The notes under the pieces were generated by a model, which did not search any database, was not told the origin of the DNA, and was given only the letters and a program-made list of their open reading frames with translations. The position numbers and the translations under genes were made by a program. 64,000 bases of DNA from an uncultured Azospirillum sp. (GTDB lineage Bacteria; Pseudomonadota; Alphaproteobacteria; RF32; CAG-239): assembly GCA_900538765.1 (NCBI GenBank), contig UQAB01000001.1, positions 75,679 to 139,678 on the forward strand, read 5' to 3'. Below are positions 9,966-19,350 of this stretch, piece after piece; position 1 is the first letter of the stretch, and every line of letters starts with the position of its first letter.

Positions 9966-10498
9966 ACTTCCGTTTCCATAACCCGCTGAACAACATCATA
10001 ATCAAAACCGGCACGCGCCAAAGCCGCCATATCTTTTTGACGAAATTCTGCCCGCAGTGCCTCACTCCGAAAAGGACCAATATGCTTCTTTTTAGCCAAA
10101 AGAAGGGCATTTTCGTAAGGATCAAATTCCTGCTCAGCCAAAACCGCCGCCACCACACTCTCTGCCACACCTTTTTCAGCCATTTTGCCGCGAATATACT
10201 TTTCAGACTTTCCCGCCGCCAGGTAATCATGGATTCGCAACTCAGCAAAACGATTGTCATTCAGATAATTATATCCCTGAAATTCAACCAAAATCTCCTC
10301 AATCCAATCCAGAGCCTCTGACCGGTCATAGTCCTTATTCTGATAAGCATAATCGCTAACCCTTTTCTGCAATACCCGGCGCAGATTATCAACCGAAGAT
10401 TCAAACCGCTGCAAATAATACAAGGCAATATTTTTCAGCCGCTGTTTTGTAATCTTCCGCAGCGGGCGCTTTTTCTTTTCTCCGTCTTCCTCAGACAC
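9962..10498 (-). CDS. recX: RecX-family regulatory protein
   Basis: RecX-like helical repeats (LKNIALYYLQRFESSVDNLRRVL...). The ORF-track start at 10504 is TTG with an SD only 2 nt away. The GTG two codons downstream has better spacing, so the start is uncertain. Confidence 0.6.
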   Translation of the reverse strand: MSEEDGEKKKRPLRKITKQRLKNIALYYLQRFESSVDNLRRVLQKRVSDYAYQNKDYDRSEALDWIEEILVEFQGYNYLNDNRFAELRIHDYLAAGKSEKYIRGKMAEKGVAESVVAAVLAEQEFDPYENALLLAKKKHIGPFRSEALRAEFRQKDMAALARAGFDYDVVQRVMETEV

Positions 10499-10568
10499 TT
10501 GCAAAATCCTTCAACATGGTTTAAGTATAAATCAAACAATATAAACATATTATAAAAGGATTACGCTA

Positions 10569-11486
10569 TTGGTTAAGACAAATTCTGATACTTGTGTATC
10601 ATTTCACATAAACAACAACGCTTTTTTCGGACGGCTGGTACGTCTCGACGACGTTGTCAACACCATCATCAGCCGCCACAATTATCCGGAAGTCGTTTCC
10701 TCGGTTGTCGCCGAAAGCGTCGCCTTGGCAGCCCTGCTGGCCAGTACGATAAAATATGAAGGCCTGTTCACCCTGCAAACCAAAAGTGACGGCCCGATAA
10801 GCATGGTTGTCGTTGATGTCACCTCAGAAGGCGTTATCAGAGCCTCCGCAACTTATGACGAAAAGCGCATTGAAATGGCGCGTAAACTGCGCAAAACCGA
10901 AGAAGAGCATGAAGAAGCCCCGCATTTCCTTGGCCACGGCTATCTTGCTTTCACCGTAGACCAGGGCGGTCCGGACAAAATGTATCAGGGCGTTGTTGAC
11001 ATTCAGGGAAAAACGCTGGCCGAATGCGCCCTGCGTTATTTTAAACAGTCTGAACAAATTGACACGGCACTCAAACTTTACGTCAAAGCACCGGAATATG
11101 ATGGGGACAAATGGCAGTCTGCCGGTGCCCTCCTGCAAAAACTGCCTGAAGCCGGCGGAAAAATTGATGAAAGCATAGATATTGAATCCCTGTGGGAAGA
11201 AGCTGTCGTCTTTTTGGACAGCCTCCGGACAGACGAAGTATTCAACCGGGAATTAAGCTCGGAAGAACTGCTGCACCGCCTGTATCATTCCAACAATCTG
11301 GAAACCTCCCTGCACAAAAACTACCGCTTTGGCTGCCGTTGCAGCCGGGAAAAACTTCAGGCCGTCCTAAGCAGCATGTCCCCGGAAGAAGTAGATTCTC
11401 TGGCCGAAAAAGGAAAAATCACGGCGGAATGCAGTTTTTGCGGAGAAAAATACAGCTTTGAAAAAGGGGAACTTCTCAAACAATAA
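10569..11486 (+). CDS. hslO: Hsp33 redox-regulated chaperone (HslO)
   Basis: N-terminal alignment to Hsp33 (..NAFFGRLVRLDDVVNTIISRHNYPEVVSSVVAE..). C-terminal zinc centre CRCS...CSFCGEKY. TTG start 8 nt after AAAAGGA. Confidence 0.75.
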   Translation: MVKTNSDTCVSFHINNNAFFGRLVRLDDVVNTIISRHNYPEVVSSVVAESVALAALLASTIKYEGLFTLQTKSDGPISMVVVDVTSEGVIRASATYDEKRIEMARKLRKTEEEHEEAPHFLGHGYLAFTVDQGGPDKMYQGVVDIQGKTLAECALRYFKQSEQIDTALKLYVKAPEYDGDKWQSAGALLQKLPEAGGKIDESIDIESLWEEAVVFLDSLRTDEVFNRELSSEELLHRLYHSNNLETSLHKNYRFGCRCSREKLQAVLSSMSPEEVDSLAEKGKITAECSFCGEKYSFEKGELLKQ

Positions 11487-11556
11487 CTATTTCTTAATTT
11501 ATAATTGATAACATATGCCCAATAACAGAAGTTAATTAATTTAAATGGAAATAAGC

Positions 11557-12168
11557 ATGCTGAAAAAACTATTTACCGTCCTGCTGCTGATTTTTGTCAC
11601 GCCGGCCTGTACCGGCCTTCAGGACGACATGGCGGAACCGCGCCGTTATGAAGAACCTCGATTCGCCGATCAGGCGCCAATCCGCCTCAAAGTCAACAAA
11701 ATTGACGTTGTTTCGGAGTTCACGCCGTCGTTTAAACGCCCGAACGTCGAACACCTCTTCCCGATTTCTATTGAGAAGACAGCTCGGATATGGGCGCGTG
11801 ATCGGCTTGAAGCCGTTGACTTCGGCTCTAACAAAGTAGCGCAGTTCATCATTAAAGATGCCAGCGTAACCGAAGAACCTGTACAATCAATAGAGCTCTT
11901 CACCAAAGACCGTATCAGATACCATGCCCGTCTGGTTGTCACACTCAAAATCACCGATTCCCAAACTAACAGCAGCGCCGAAACCACAATAGAGGCCTGG
12001 AGGGAACTAACCATCCCGGCTGATACGAATATTGATGAAAAAGAAAGACACTGGAATACGATGGTTCATAAGCTGTTTACGGAATTCAACCGCAGTATGG
12101 AAAGCAACATCAACCAGTACCTGAATATGTACGTCGTCAATAACAACTATATTCAGGAATATAATTAA
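11557..12168 (+). CDS. hypothetical lipoprotein
   Basis: MLKKLFTVLLLIFVTPAC is signal peptide plus Cys. No domain recognised. An alternative start lies at 11545. Confidence 0.45.
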   Translation: MLKKLFTVLLLIFVTPACTGLQDDMAEPRRYEEPRFADQAPIRLKVNKIDVVSEFTPSFKRPNVEHLFPISIEKTARIWARDRLEAVDFGSNKVAQFIIKDASVTEEPVQSIELFTKDRIRYHARLVVTLKITDSQTNSSAETTIEAWRELTIPADTNIDEKERHWNTMVHKLFTEFNRSMESNINQYLNMYVVNNNYIQEYN

Positions 12169-12224
12169 AGCAAAAGGCCTTGGAAATCCAAGGCCTTTTT
12201 AATAACACGCAAATTCTGCAAAAA

Positions 12225-12737
12225 TTATTTGGCAAGAATTTCAATCAACTGCTTTGTCGCTTCATCAGAAGAAATATTGTTGCAAACAGCATACTCGCTG
12301 GCCAAACGTCCCAAAGCCTGTTCATAAATCTGACGTTCGCTGTATGACTGCTCGGCAAGATTTTCATTGCGATACAAATCGCGGACAACTTCCGCAATCG
12401 CAACCGGATTTCCTGAATTTATTTTATTTTCATATTCCTGAGCACGGCGTGACCACATAATTTTCTTGACTTTCGCTTTGCCTTTCAAAACATTCAAAGC
12501 ATCATTCATCGTATCCGCTTCCGAAATTTTGCGCAGACCGATAGTATCAGCCTTAGCCATGGGAATGCGCAACGTCATTTTATCCTTGTCAAAATTAACA
12601 ACAATCAGCTCCAACTCCGAACCGGCAATCTTCTGCTTGGAAATATCGGAAACCTTACCGACGCCGTGAGCCGGATAGACAACAAAATCACCCGAATTGA
12701 ACGCAATGCCCGAAGAAACTTTTTTATTCATAATCAC
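12225..12737 (-). CDS. CarD/CdnL-family RNA-polymerase-binding transcription factor
   Basis: FNSGDFVVYPAHGVGKV matches the CarD_CdnL_TRCF N-terminal domain. Length is 170 aa. Confidence 0.8.
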   Translation of the reverse strand: MIMNKKVSSGIAFNSGDFVVYPAHGVGKVSDISKQKIAGSELELIVVNFDKDKMTLRIPMAKADTIGLRKISEADTMNDALNVLKGKAKVKKIMWSRRAQEYENKINSGNPVAIAEVVRDLYRNENLAEQSYSERQIYEQALGRLASEYAVCNNISSDEATKQLIEILAK

Positions 12738-12907
12738 TCCCTATCATGTTTGGATTATTCGGTTTTTGACAACAGTCAACCCCGTTAACGAAACATAACA
12801 TACCACATTTTAAACCTCAAATCTAGTCTAAAAATAAAAATATTTTGTCAATCGAGTCGTTTTTTGATTCTTAAGCCTTATTTTTACTAAGAAAAAAATA
12901 TTTTTTT

Positions 12908-12945
12908 TAGAAAAAAAGGAGAAAACACCCACGGCGTTCTCTCCT
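12908..12945 (-). terminator. rho-independent terminator downstream of ackA
   Basis: Hairpin GGAGAGAACGCCGTGGGTGTTTTCTCC followed by a T7 run, read on the minus strand. Confidence 0.5.
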
Positions 12946-12970
12946 CTCTGCCGATTCTCCGGGACACAGA

Positions 12971-14152
12971 TTACTTTGTCAGCTCTACCGTATCCTGAGC
13001 AATAACCAATTCCTCGTTTGTCGGAATAACAAAGACCTTAACTTTGGAATCCGGTGTTGAAATTTCAATTTCTTCACCGCGCTTGTTGTTGGCTTCATCA
13101 ACCAGCTTGATGCCTAGATAAGACAGACGCTCACACAGCATTTTACGCAGCAGCGGTGAATTTTCGCCGATTCCCGCCGTGAAAATTATCGCATCCACAC
13201 CGCCCAGAACGGCAATATAAGAACCGATAAAACGGATAATCGTATGAACATAAACTTCCATCGCCGTTTTAGCTTTTTCATCACCGGCCAGATACTTCGC
13301 TTCAACGTCACGGTTATCGGAGAAACCGCTCAACCCCAACATACCGCTCTGCTTGTTCAGCAAGTCGTTGACCTCGTCAACCGTCTTGCGCTGATACTTC
13401 ATGATATGCAGCGGAATATAAGGATCAATATCGCCGCAGCGTGTCCCCATCATAATTCCGGCCAACGGCGTAAAGCCCATGGATGTATCGCGGCATTTGC
13501 CGTGGTCAACGGCAGAAATGGAAGCACCGTTGCCTAAATGGCAGGTAATAAACTTACCGTCGCATCCCAACAGTTCCGCCGCCCGGCGGGCAACATACTG
13601 ATGAGAAGTCCCGTGAGCGCCGTAACGGCGAATCTGATGCGCTTCATATTGTTCAATCGGCAGTGGATAAAGATAAGCTTCTTTAGGCATACTCTGATGA
13701 AAAGCAGTGTCAAAAGCGGCAACCTGTTTAATATTCGGCAAAGCGTTTTTAACCGCCTTAATTCCCAAAACCGCCGCCGGATTATGCAGCGGAGCCAAAA
13801 TCGACAGCTCATCAATTTTCTTCAAAACCTCATCCGTAATCAAAACCGACTTGTCAAAGAAACTGCCGCCCTGAACCACACGATGCCCAACACCGTCCAA
13901 CTCGTCAAGACTCTTCAGAGCACCGTTCAAAAGCAGATTAAGAACTTCCCTGATAGCTTCGTTGTGAGAAGGCAAAGCAACATCTTTAATAATTTTGTCG
14001 CCGTCACCGATTTTAATACTGACAAAAGAACCGTAAATACCGATACGTTCGGCATTGCCTTTTGCTATAACTTCATATTTATCGCCATCAACATTAAACA
14101 ACTGATATTTCAAAGAAGACGAACCTGAATTAAGTACTAATATTTTTTTCAT
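12971..14152 (-). CDS. ackA: acetate kinase
   Basis: MKKILVLNSGSSSLKYQLF and later AckA motifs. Start moved to the internal ATG (M48 of the ORF-track ORF). Confidence 0.9.
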   Translation of the reverse strand: MKKILVLNSGSSSLKYQLFNVDGDKYEVIAKGNAERIGIYGSFVSIKIGDGDKIIKDVALPSHNEAIREVLNLLLNGALKSLDELDGVGHRVVQGGSFFDKSVLITDEVLKKIDELSILAPLHNPAAVLGIKAVKNALPNIKQVAAFDTAFHQSMPKEAYLYPLPIEQYEAHQIRRYGAHGTSHQYVARRAAELLGCDGKFITCHLGNGASISAVDHGKCRDTSMGFTPLAGIMMGTRCGDIDPYIPLHIMKYQRKTVDEVNDLLNKQSGMLGLSGFSDNRDVEAKYLAGDEKAKTAMEVYVHTIIRFIGSYIAVLGGVDAIIFTAGIGENSPLLRKMLCERLSYLGIKLVDEANNKRGEEIEISTPDSKVKVFVIPTNEELVIAQDTVELTK

Positions 14153-14185
14153 ATAAACAATCCTAAAAAACAATTCAAATAGTAT

Positions 14186-14460
14186 ATTTTGCTCGCAATT
14201 TCTGCACTGGTACCCCAAAATACACATTTCCAAGAAATGGTGAAGTTTGAGTCGAGTAGTAGGCGTCAAGGGCAGAAAAAGCGCAGTGTACAATGGCTAA
14301 GTAAAACTGTAACCAACGTTACAGTTTTATCTGTAACATCTCAGAAAATCTTAGTGAGTTAAGCTGTGACAACTGCTGCAACGAACTTAGATTCCTGAGC
14401 TAGTACATGAGCATTTTTCTGTCCCGCTGACAACGCACTAATCGACCATTACACCCCCTA
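14186..14460. repeat. degenerate family-A repeat copies: a 3' half-element, then a copy whose core is split by a ~108-bp insert
   Basis: ...TTTGCTCGCAATTTCTGCACTGGTACCCCAAAATACAC is the 3' half. Then AATGGTGAAGTTTGAG...GCGCAGTGTACA, the insert with hairpin AAACTGTAACcaacGTTACAGTTT, and ...GCTAGTACATGAGCATTTTTCTG. Confidence 0.6.
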
Positions 14461-14583
14461 AAAAATGGTGGAGTTTGAGGCTAATAGTAAGAAACAAGAG
14501 AAAATGCGAGGGAGTGTACATAGAAGTACATGACCGAACATTTTGCTCGCAGTTTCTGTACTAGTAGCCCAAAATACACCATT
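14461..14583. repeat. family-A structured repeat, intact copy
   Basis: AAAAATGGTGGAGTTTGAGGCTAATAGTAAGAAAC...GGGAGTGTACATAGAAGTACATGACCGAACATTTTGCTCGCAGTTTCTGTACTAGTAGCCCAAAATACACC. Termini are imperfectly complementary and inner stem AAAATG/CATTTT flanks the core. Confidence 0.7.
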
Positions 14584-14584
14584 T

Positions 14585-15583
14585 TTACGCTTGCAAACAA
14601 GTTATAGCAATAACCCCTACAATATCCTCAACCAAAGCCCCGCGGGACAAATCGTTGACCGGCGCATTCAATCCCTGCAATAAAGGACCATAGGCATCAC
14701 AACCGCCTAAACGCTGCAAGAGTTTATAACCAATGTTTCCAGCCTCAAGGCTTGGAAAAATCAAAACGTTAGCCTGTCCGGCAACATCGCTGCCCGGCGC
14801 TTTTTTCTTGGCGACAACACCATCCAATGCGGCATCGGCCTGCAACTCGCCGTCAAGCTTGATATTGAGTTTTTTATATTCTTCTGTCTGCAAATCTGCC
14901 TTGGCCATTTCTACGGCTCTCTTGACCTTGTCAACCCGCTCGCCCTTGCCAGAACCGTAAGTCGAATAAGAAAGCATAGCAACTTTCGGCTCAAAACCAA
15001 ACTTAAGAGCACTTTCGGCGGCATCCAGTGCAATATCGGCCATTTCCCTGTCCGTCGGATCAATAACAATACCGCAGTCAGAAAGCAAATATGGCTTATC
15101 CCCGAAAACCAGCAGGAAGAAAGAAGAAACCGCACGGCCTTTTTTAGCGGATTTAATAATCTGCAAAGCCGGACGCACCGTATCCGCCGTTGAATGATTG
15201 GCGCCGGAAACCATACCATCGGCATGACCGGATTTAATCATCAGCGTCCCGAAGTAATTATAGTTCAAAGCCAACTTTGCCGCATCTTCTTCCGTCAGAC
15301 CTTTGTCCTTGCGCAAGTCATACAAAAGTTTGGTATATTCGGCCAGCCGCGGAGAGTTTTCCGGCTTAACAATCTCGATTCCCTCCAGGCTCCATCCCTG
15401 CTTGGCAAAATGAGCCTTAATTTCGGCCTCATCTCCCAAAATAACCAGCTTGGCAACTTTTTCAGCGGCAATAAGATGTGCGGCTTCCAAAATCCGCATA
15501 TCTTCGCCTTCTGGCAAAACAATCGTTTTGTTCTTCAACTTGGCCTGTTCCATCAGGCTCTGCAAATATTTGTTATAAGACAT
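14585..15583 (-). CDS. pta: phosphate acetyltransferase (short Pta/Ptb family)
   Basis: MSYNKYLQSLMEQAKLKNKTIVLPEGEDMRILEAA... with a Pta C-terminal domain. Start at the internal ATG with SD AAGAAAAGG. Confidence 0.85.
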   Translation of the reverse strand: MSYNKYLQSLMEQAKLKNKTIVLPEGEDMRILEAAHLIAAEKVAKLVILGDEAEIKAHFAKQGWSLEGIEIVKPENSPRLAEYTKLLYDLRKDKGLTEEDAAKLALNYNYFGTLMIKSGHADGMVSGANHSTADTVRPALQIIKSAKKGRAVSSFFLLVFGDKPYLLSDCGIVIDPTDREMADIALDAAESALKFGFEPKVAMLSYSTYGSGKGERVDKVKRAVEMAKADLQTEEYKKLNIKLDGELQADAALDGVVAKKKAPGSDVAGQANVLIFPSLEAGNIGYKLLQRLGGCDAYGPLLQGLNAPVNDLSRGALVEDIVGVIAITCLQA

Positions 15584-15761
15584 TGATACAACCTTTTCTT
15601 TCGTTATAAGACAGTTGCCATCGCCCGGTGACAACCGATTTCTACCCATAATAAACTATGCTTCGCGCTAATTGTCCATAAAAAACTTTTGATTTTTTAT
15701 TGCAAATAGAATAACATCAACTAAATTCTAATAAACTTAATCATTTTGCAAAGGGAAAAAC

Positions 15762-16178
15762 ATGGAAAGAACATTATCAATTATCAAACCTGATGCAACC
15801 GAACGCAACATCACCGGACAAGTCAACAGCATGATTGAAGCGGCCGGCCTGCGCATTATCGCCCAGCGCCGCATTTTGCTGACCCAGACTCAGGCAGAAG
15901 AATTCTATGCTGAACACAAGGAAAAATCTTTCTTTCCGGGCATGATTCAGCAAATGATTTCCGGGCCGGTCGTTGTTCAGGTTCTTGAAGGAGAAAACGC
16001 CATAACCCTTTACCGCAGCATTATGGGGGCAACCAACCCGGCAGTCGCCGAAGAAGGCACCATCCGCAAAACCCTTGCCCTGTCTATTGATAAAAACACT
16101 GTGCACGGCTCCGATTCTCCGGAAGCAGCACAAAGAGAAATCGCCTTTTTCTTTAATCATACCGAAATCGTTGGCTAG
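15762..16178 (+). CDS. ndk: nucleoside diphosphate kinase
   Basis: [11 protein letters not shown]...NAIHGSD-type motifs. 138 aa. SD AAGGGAAAAAC. Confidence 0.95.
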   Translation: MERTLSIIKPDATERNITGQVNSMIEAAGLRIIAQRRILLTQTQAEEFYAEHKEKSFFPGMIQQMISGPVVVQVLEGENAITLYRSIMGATNPAVAEEGTIRKTLALSIDKNTVHGSDSPEAAQREIAFFFNHTEIVG

Positions 16179-16187
16179 GAGGAAAAG

Positions 16188-17249
16188 TTGCGCAAACTGT
16201 TTTTTGGGCTGTTTTTGATGGTAGCAGCGTTTTCAACGGTCGGCAATGCTCTGGCCGCGCCCGGCAGTTATACCGCGGAAGTCAAAATAGACATCACGGC
16301 AGACAGCGCCGCCGCTGCCCGGGACAAAGGCATGAAAGAAGCCTACCGCAGCGCCTTCATGGCCATTGCCTCCCGCTCAACCAATGAAGAAGGACTTGAA
16401 CGCCTGGCCAAACTGACCGACGACCAGCTGATAAACTTCATCAAGGAAGCAACCGTTGTTTCTGAAAAAGCTTCTGACGTCCGCTATATGGCAACATTAA
16501 AAATAAGTATAAACAACGACCTGCTGAAAACATTCATGCAGGAACAAAATATCAGTTATGTCGTTACCTCTTCATCCAATATTCTGGTCATCCCCGTATT
16601 TCGGGAATATCCAAGCAGTTCTCCGTTATTGTGGGAACAGGAAAACCTGTGGCGCCGGGCATGGGAAAACAATGTTGTCACCACCAGTCCCAACACCTAC
16701 GTTTCGATTCCGGCTGACGGTACCAACACCGCCGCCCTTGACGCCCAAAAAGCGTTGAGCCTTGACGGCATGGCTTTGGATCAGGTTGCCCGCCACATGG
16801 GAACATCAAACATCTTTATCCTTGACGCCGTTTATAACGGCATTGAAGGCCTAAAAGTCACCATAATCCCCTATAACGGCGGAACACCGCAAACCGTCAG
16901 CATCAGTGGCGACAGAAGCCCCGAACTTTTCGTACAGGCACAGCCGGAAATTGTCAAACAAATAGATTCGACCATCCGGCGGCAAAAAATAAGCATGAGC
17001 AGCCGCCCCAGCGACATCATGGTGTTGTTTGACTACAACCGCCTCAGCGACTGGATAAAAACAGAAAAGAAAATCAAGGAAGTAAACCTTGTCAACAATG
17101 TCAGTACCATAGCCATGGGCAAGGGGAAAGTACAGTTCAGCCTCAGCTATATCGGCTCTTTGGAGGATTTGACAGCGGCGCTTCGCGGTAAATCCCTGAT
17201 TTTACATAACTATGAGAACTTTTATACCTTGGAAAGCGTAGGAAATTAA
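16188..17249 (+). CDS. secreted hypothetical protein (possibly DUF2066-like)
   Basis: Signal peptide MRKLFFGLFLMVAAFSTVGNALA|AP. TTG start 5 nt after a perfect AGGAGG. Abuts the AI-2E transporter gene. Confidence 0.5.
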   Translation: MRKLFFGLFLMVAAFSTVGNALAAPGSYTAEVKIDITADSAAAARDKGMKEAYRSAFMAIASRSTNEEGLERLAKLTDDQLINFIKEATVVSEKASDVRYMATLKISINNDLLKTFMQEQNISYVVTSSSNILVIPVFREYPSSSPLLWEQENLWRRAWENNVVTTSPNTYVSIPADGTNTAALDAQKALSLDGMALDQVARHMGTSNIFILDAVYNGIEGLKVTIIPYNGGTPQTVSISGDRSPELFVQAQPEIVKQIDSTIRRQKISMSSRPSDIMVLFDYNRLSDWIKTEKKIKEVNLVNNVSTIAMGKGKVQFSLSYIGSLEDLTAALRGKSLILHNYENFYTLESVGN

Positions 17250-17250
17250 A

Positions 17251-18318
17251 ATGCCCGCAACAAAAACCACTAGCCGCAACTGGCTTTTCTGGACCACACT
17301 GTTTGTTTTGTTCTGTGCCGGCGTCTATGTGTTGCGCTCGGTTTTGATGCCGTTTGTCGCCGGAATAATTATTGCCTACCTGCTTGACCCTTGGGTGGCA
17401 AAATTCAAAAAAATGGGACTCAACCGCACAATTGGCACATTGTTGGTTTTGTTTTTGGTCTTAATTGTCGTCATCCCCGGCCTCCTCTTGCTGATTAGCC
17501 TCATCAACGAACAAATCGGGCGTTTTTTGGCCGCCGCCCCGGAATATATCAGTTCATTTTTGCGTAAAATAGAACCGGTAATCAACAATCTGCAGGAACG
17601 TATTCCAAATTTTAACGCTGAAAAAATCCGGGCTTACATGCGTTCTAACTTTGCCAACTGGCTGAAAATGGGCGGTTCGGTATTGCAAAGCCTCATTAGC
17701 AGCGGCTTTGCTCTGGTTAATATTATTTCGCTGTTAATGATTACGCCGATTGTCGCCTTTTATATCCTGCGCGACTGGGAAAATATTCTGAAAAAAGCCG
17801 ACAGCCTGCTTCCCCGCAAATCCAAAGCAGCCATAAAAGAACAAGCCAGAGAAATCGACAGGACACTCGCCGGCTTCATCCGCGGACAACTAAGCGTTTG
17901 CCTCATTCTCGGCACATTTTACTCTCTGGGGCTATACTTTACGGGACTTGAACTGGGGCTGCTGATTGGCTTCCTGGCAGGCCTGATTTCGTTCATCCCT
18001 TATATCGGCAGCATCAGCGGCTTTGTTGTCAGCGTTGCCGTAGCCTTGGCACAGTTTGACTCCATGGGACCCGTCTTGCAGGTTGTCGGCGTCTTCTTTG
18101 TCGGACAATTCCTTGAAGGCAATTTCCTGACTCCCAAACTGGTTGGGGACAGCGTCGGACTGCATCCGGTCTGGATTATGTTTGCCCTGTTGGCCGGCGG
18201 CGTTCTTCTCGGTTTTCTCGGCCTGATGATTGCCGTTCCTGTAGCCGCCGTCATTGGTGTTCTCATCCGCCACGCCATCAAAAACTATAAAGAAAGCAAC
18301 CTGTATTTAGAAAAATAA
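17251..18318 (+). CDS. AI-2E family transporter (PerM/YhhT/TqsA-like, UPF0118)
   Basis: Eight-TM profile with a conserved FV.GIIIAYLLDP N-terminal region. 355 aa. Confidence 0.8.
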   Translation: MPATKTTSRNWLFWTTLFVLFCAGVYVLRSVLMPFVAGIIIAYLLDPWVAKFKKMGLNRTIGTLLVLFLVLIVVIPGLLLLISLINEQIGRFLAAAPEYISSFLRKIEPVINNLQERIPNFNAEKIRAYMRSNFANWLKMGGSVLQSLISSGFALVNIISLLMITPIVAFYILRDWENILKKADSLLPRKSKAAIKEQAREIDRTLAGFIRGQLSVCLILGTFYSLGLYFTGLELGLLIGFLAGLISFIPYIGSISGFVVSVAVALAQFDSMGPVLQVVGVFFVGQFLEGNFLTPKLVGDSVGLHPVWIMFALLAGGVLLGFLGLMIAVPVAAVIGVLIRHAIKNYKESNLYLEK

Positions 18319-18356
18319 CAACACATTACCGATAAATAAAAAAGAAAACAAAATAC

Positions 18357-18393
18357 CTTTGGCGAAACCGGCGAAGAAACGCCGGTTTCGCCC
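18357..18393 (+). terminator. strong hairpin after the AI-2E transporter gene
   Basis: GGCGAAACCGGCG-aagaaa-CGCCGGTTTCGCC is a perfect 13-bp stem. No clear U-run follows. Confidence 0.4.
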
Positions 18394-18410
18394 AAAACAA
18401 ATTCAAGAGC

Positions 18411-18580
18411 CTACATACAAACAATACACGAGCGAAAGAATTACAAGCATGACGCCAACATCAAAATAACCTTAGCTCCTAAAAAGGGTGTGCTGCGCCG
18501 TAATTCTTGAGCGACGTGTACACAAACAGTACACAAGCGAAAGAATTACAAGCATGACGCCTTTTTTTAGGAGCTAAGGG
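18411..18580. repeat. family-B long palindromic repeat (two GAAAGAATTACAAGCATGACGCC arms around core CGTGTACACAAACAGTACAC)
   Basis: Duplicated arm at ~18428-18457 and ~18531-18560. Outer inverted repeat CCTTAGCTCCTAAAAAGGG / CCTTTTTTTAGGAGCTAAGG. Middle stem GTAATTCTT/AAGAATTAC. Its 3' end overlaps the stop of the methyltransferase gene. Confidence 0.6.
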
Positions 18581-19266
18581 CGGAAGAGGGACTTACGCGC
18601 CAACCTATTCATACTCCACAAATTCCCCCACCCGTTAACCGGCTGCACCTCATAACGGGAAACAAAATCAAAATCTCGGGAAAAGAACAGAGATGTCGCT
18701 TTGGTATAACAGTTCATTGGGCAAAATCCGTAAAAATCCACCTGTAACAAACCGGCTTCCCGCAACGCGGCAACGGCATCTTTATACTCTTGGCTGGTAT
18801 TTATGCGGTCACTGTCATCAAGAATAATAAGGCCGCCCGGAGCCAAAGCTTTAACCGCGCAGCGGGAACAATCTGCCCGGCGTTTACCGTCAACAACAAT
18901 CACATCATATTGCTGCCCGTCTTCAAATATGGCGTTATAATAACCCTCGCCCTCATCCCGCCAGCGCACGTCAAGATTTTCCTCATGAAACGCCGCCTGC
19001 CACTTCTCAAACCATTGCAAATTATCCTCAATACTGACAACCCTTTCTGCCCGGCTGGCCCAAAACAGGGAAGAATTACCGCAACCAAATTCAAAAATCG
19101 TTTTCCGGCTGTAATCAAACTGTGACAAATACTCTATTGCCGGATAAGTATACCAGGGAATGGGATTGCCGTTACGATCAAGGCAGACTTTCTCGTCTAT
19201 AGTTCTTTCTATGGCAAAATCCTTCCGCCACATATCAATAAATTTCTGAAACTTTTCACTATACAT
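18574..19266 (-). CDS. class I SAM-dependent methyltransferase (O-methyltransferase-like)
   Basis: Motif I FEFGCGNSSLFW and motif IV-like GGLIILDD. Start at internal ATG MYSEKF with SD GAGGG. Confidence 0.6.
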   Translation of the reverse strand: MYSEKFQKFIDMWRKDFAIERTIDEKVCLDRNGNPIPWYTYPAIEYLSQFDYSRKTIFEFGCGNSSLFWASRAERVVSIEDNLQWFEKWQAAFHEENLDVRWRDEGEGYYNAIFEDGQQYDVIVVDGKRRADCSRCAVKALAPGGLIILDDSDRINTSQEYKDAVAALREAGLLQVDFYGFCPMNCYTKATSLFFSRDFDFVSRYEVQPVNGWGNLWSMNRLARKSLFRP

Positions 19267-19350
19267 TCGGTTATACCCTCGTTGAAAACACATTTATTCG
19301 TCATATATCATAATTGCATTCATAAGAAAACATTTTTTAGGAGATAAAAC

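Noticed and set aside
12740-12970. Search for tRNA/small RNA genes in the larger spacers (12.74-12.97, 46.03-46.28, 57.55-57.82, 63.67-63.76 kb)
   Set aside because: No cloverleaf-compatible arms or conserved T-loop GTTCRANYC found by eye. Only promoter and terminator features were identified. A tRNAscan/Infernal run would be needed to be certain.
14186-14583. Possibility that the tandem repeats at 14.2, 39.7 or 51.9 kb are CRISPR arrays
   Set aside because: Units are 120-250 bp and near-identical over their whole length. There is no alternation of short repeats with unique spacers, no cas genes and no leader.
18574-19266. Methyltransferase as part of a restriction-modification system
   Set aside because: Motifs fit a small class I SAM O-methyltransferase or TylF-like fold, not a DNA MTase (no DPPY/NPPY or target-recognition domain). 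No endonuclease partner adjacent.
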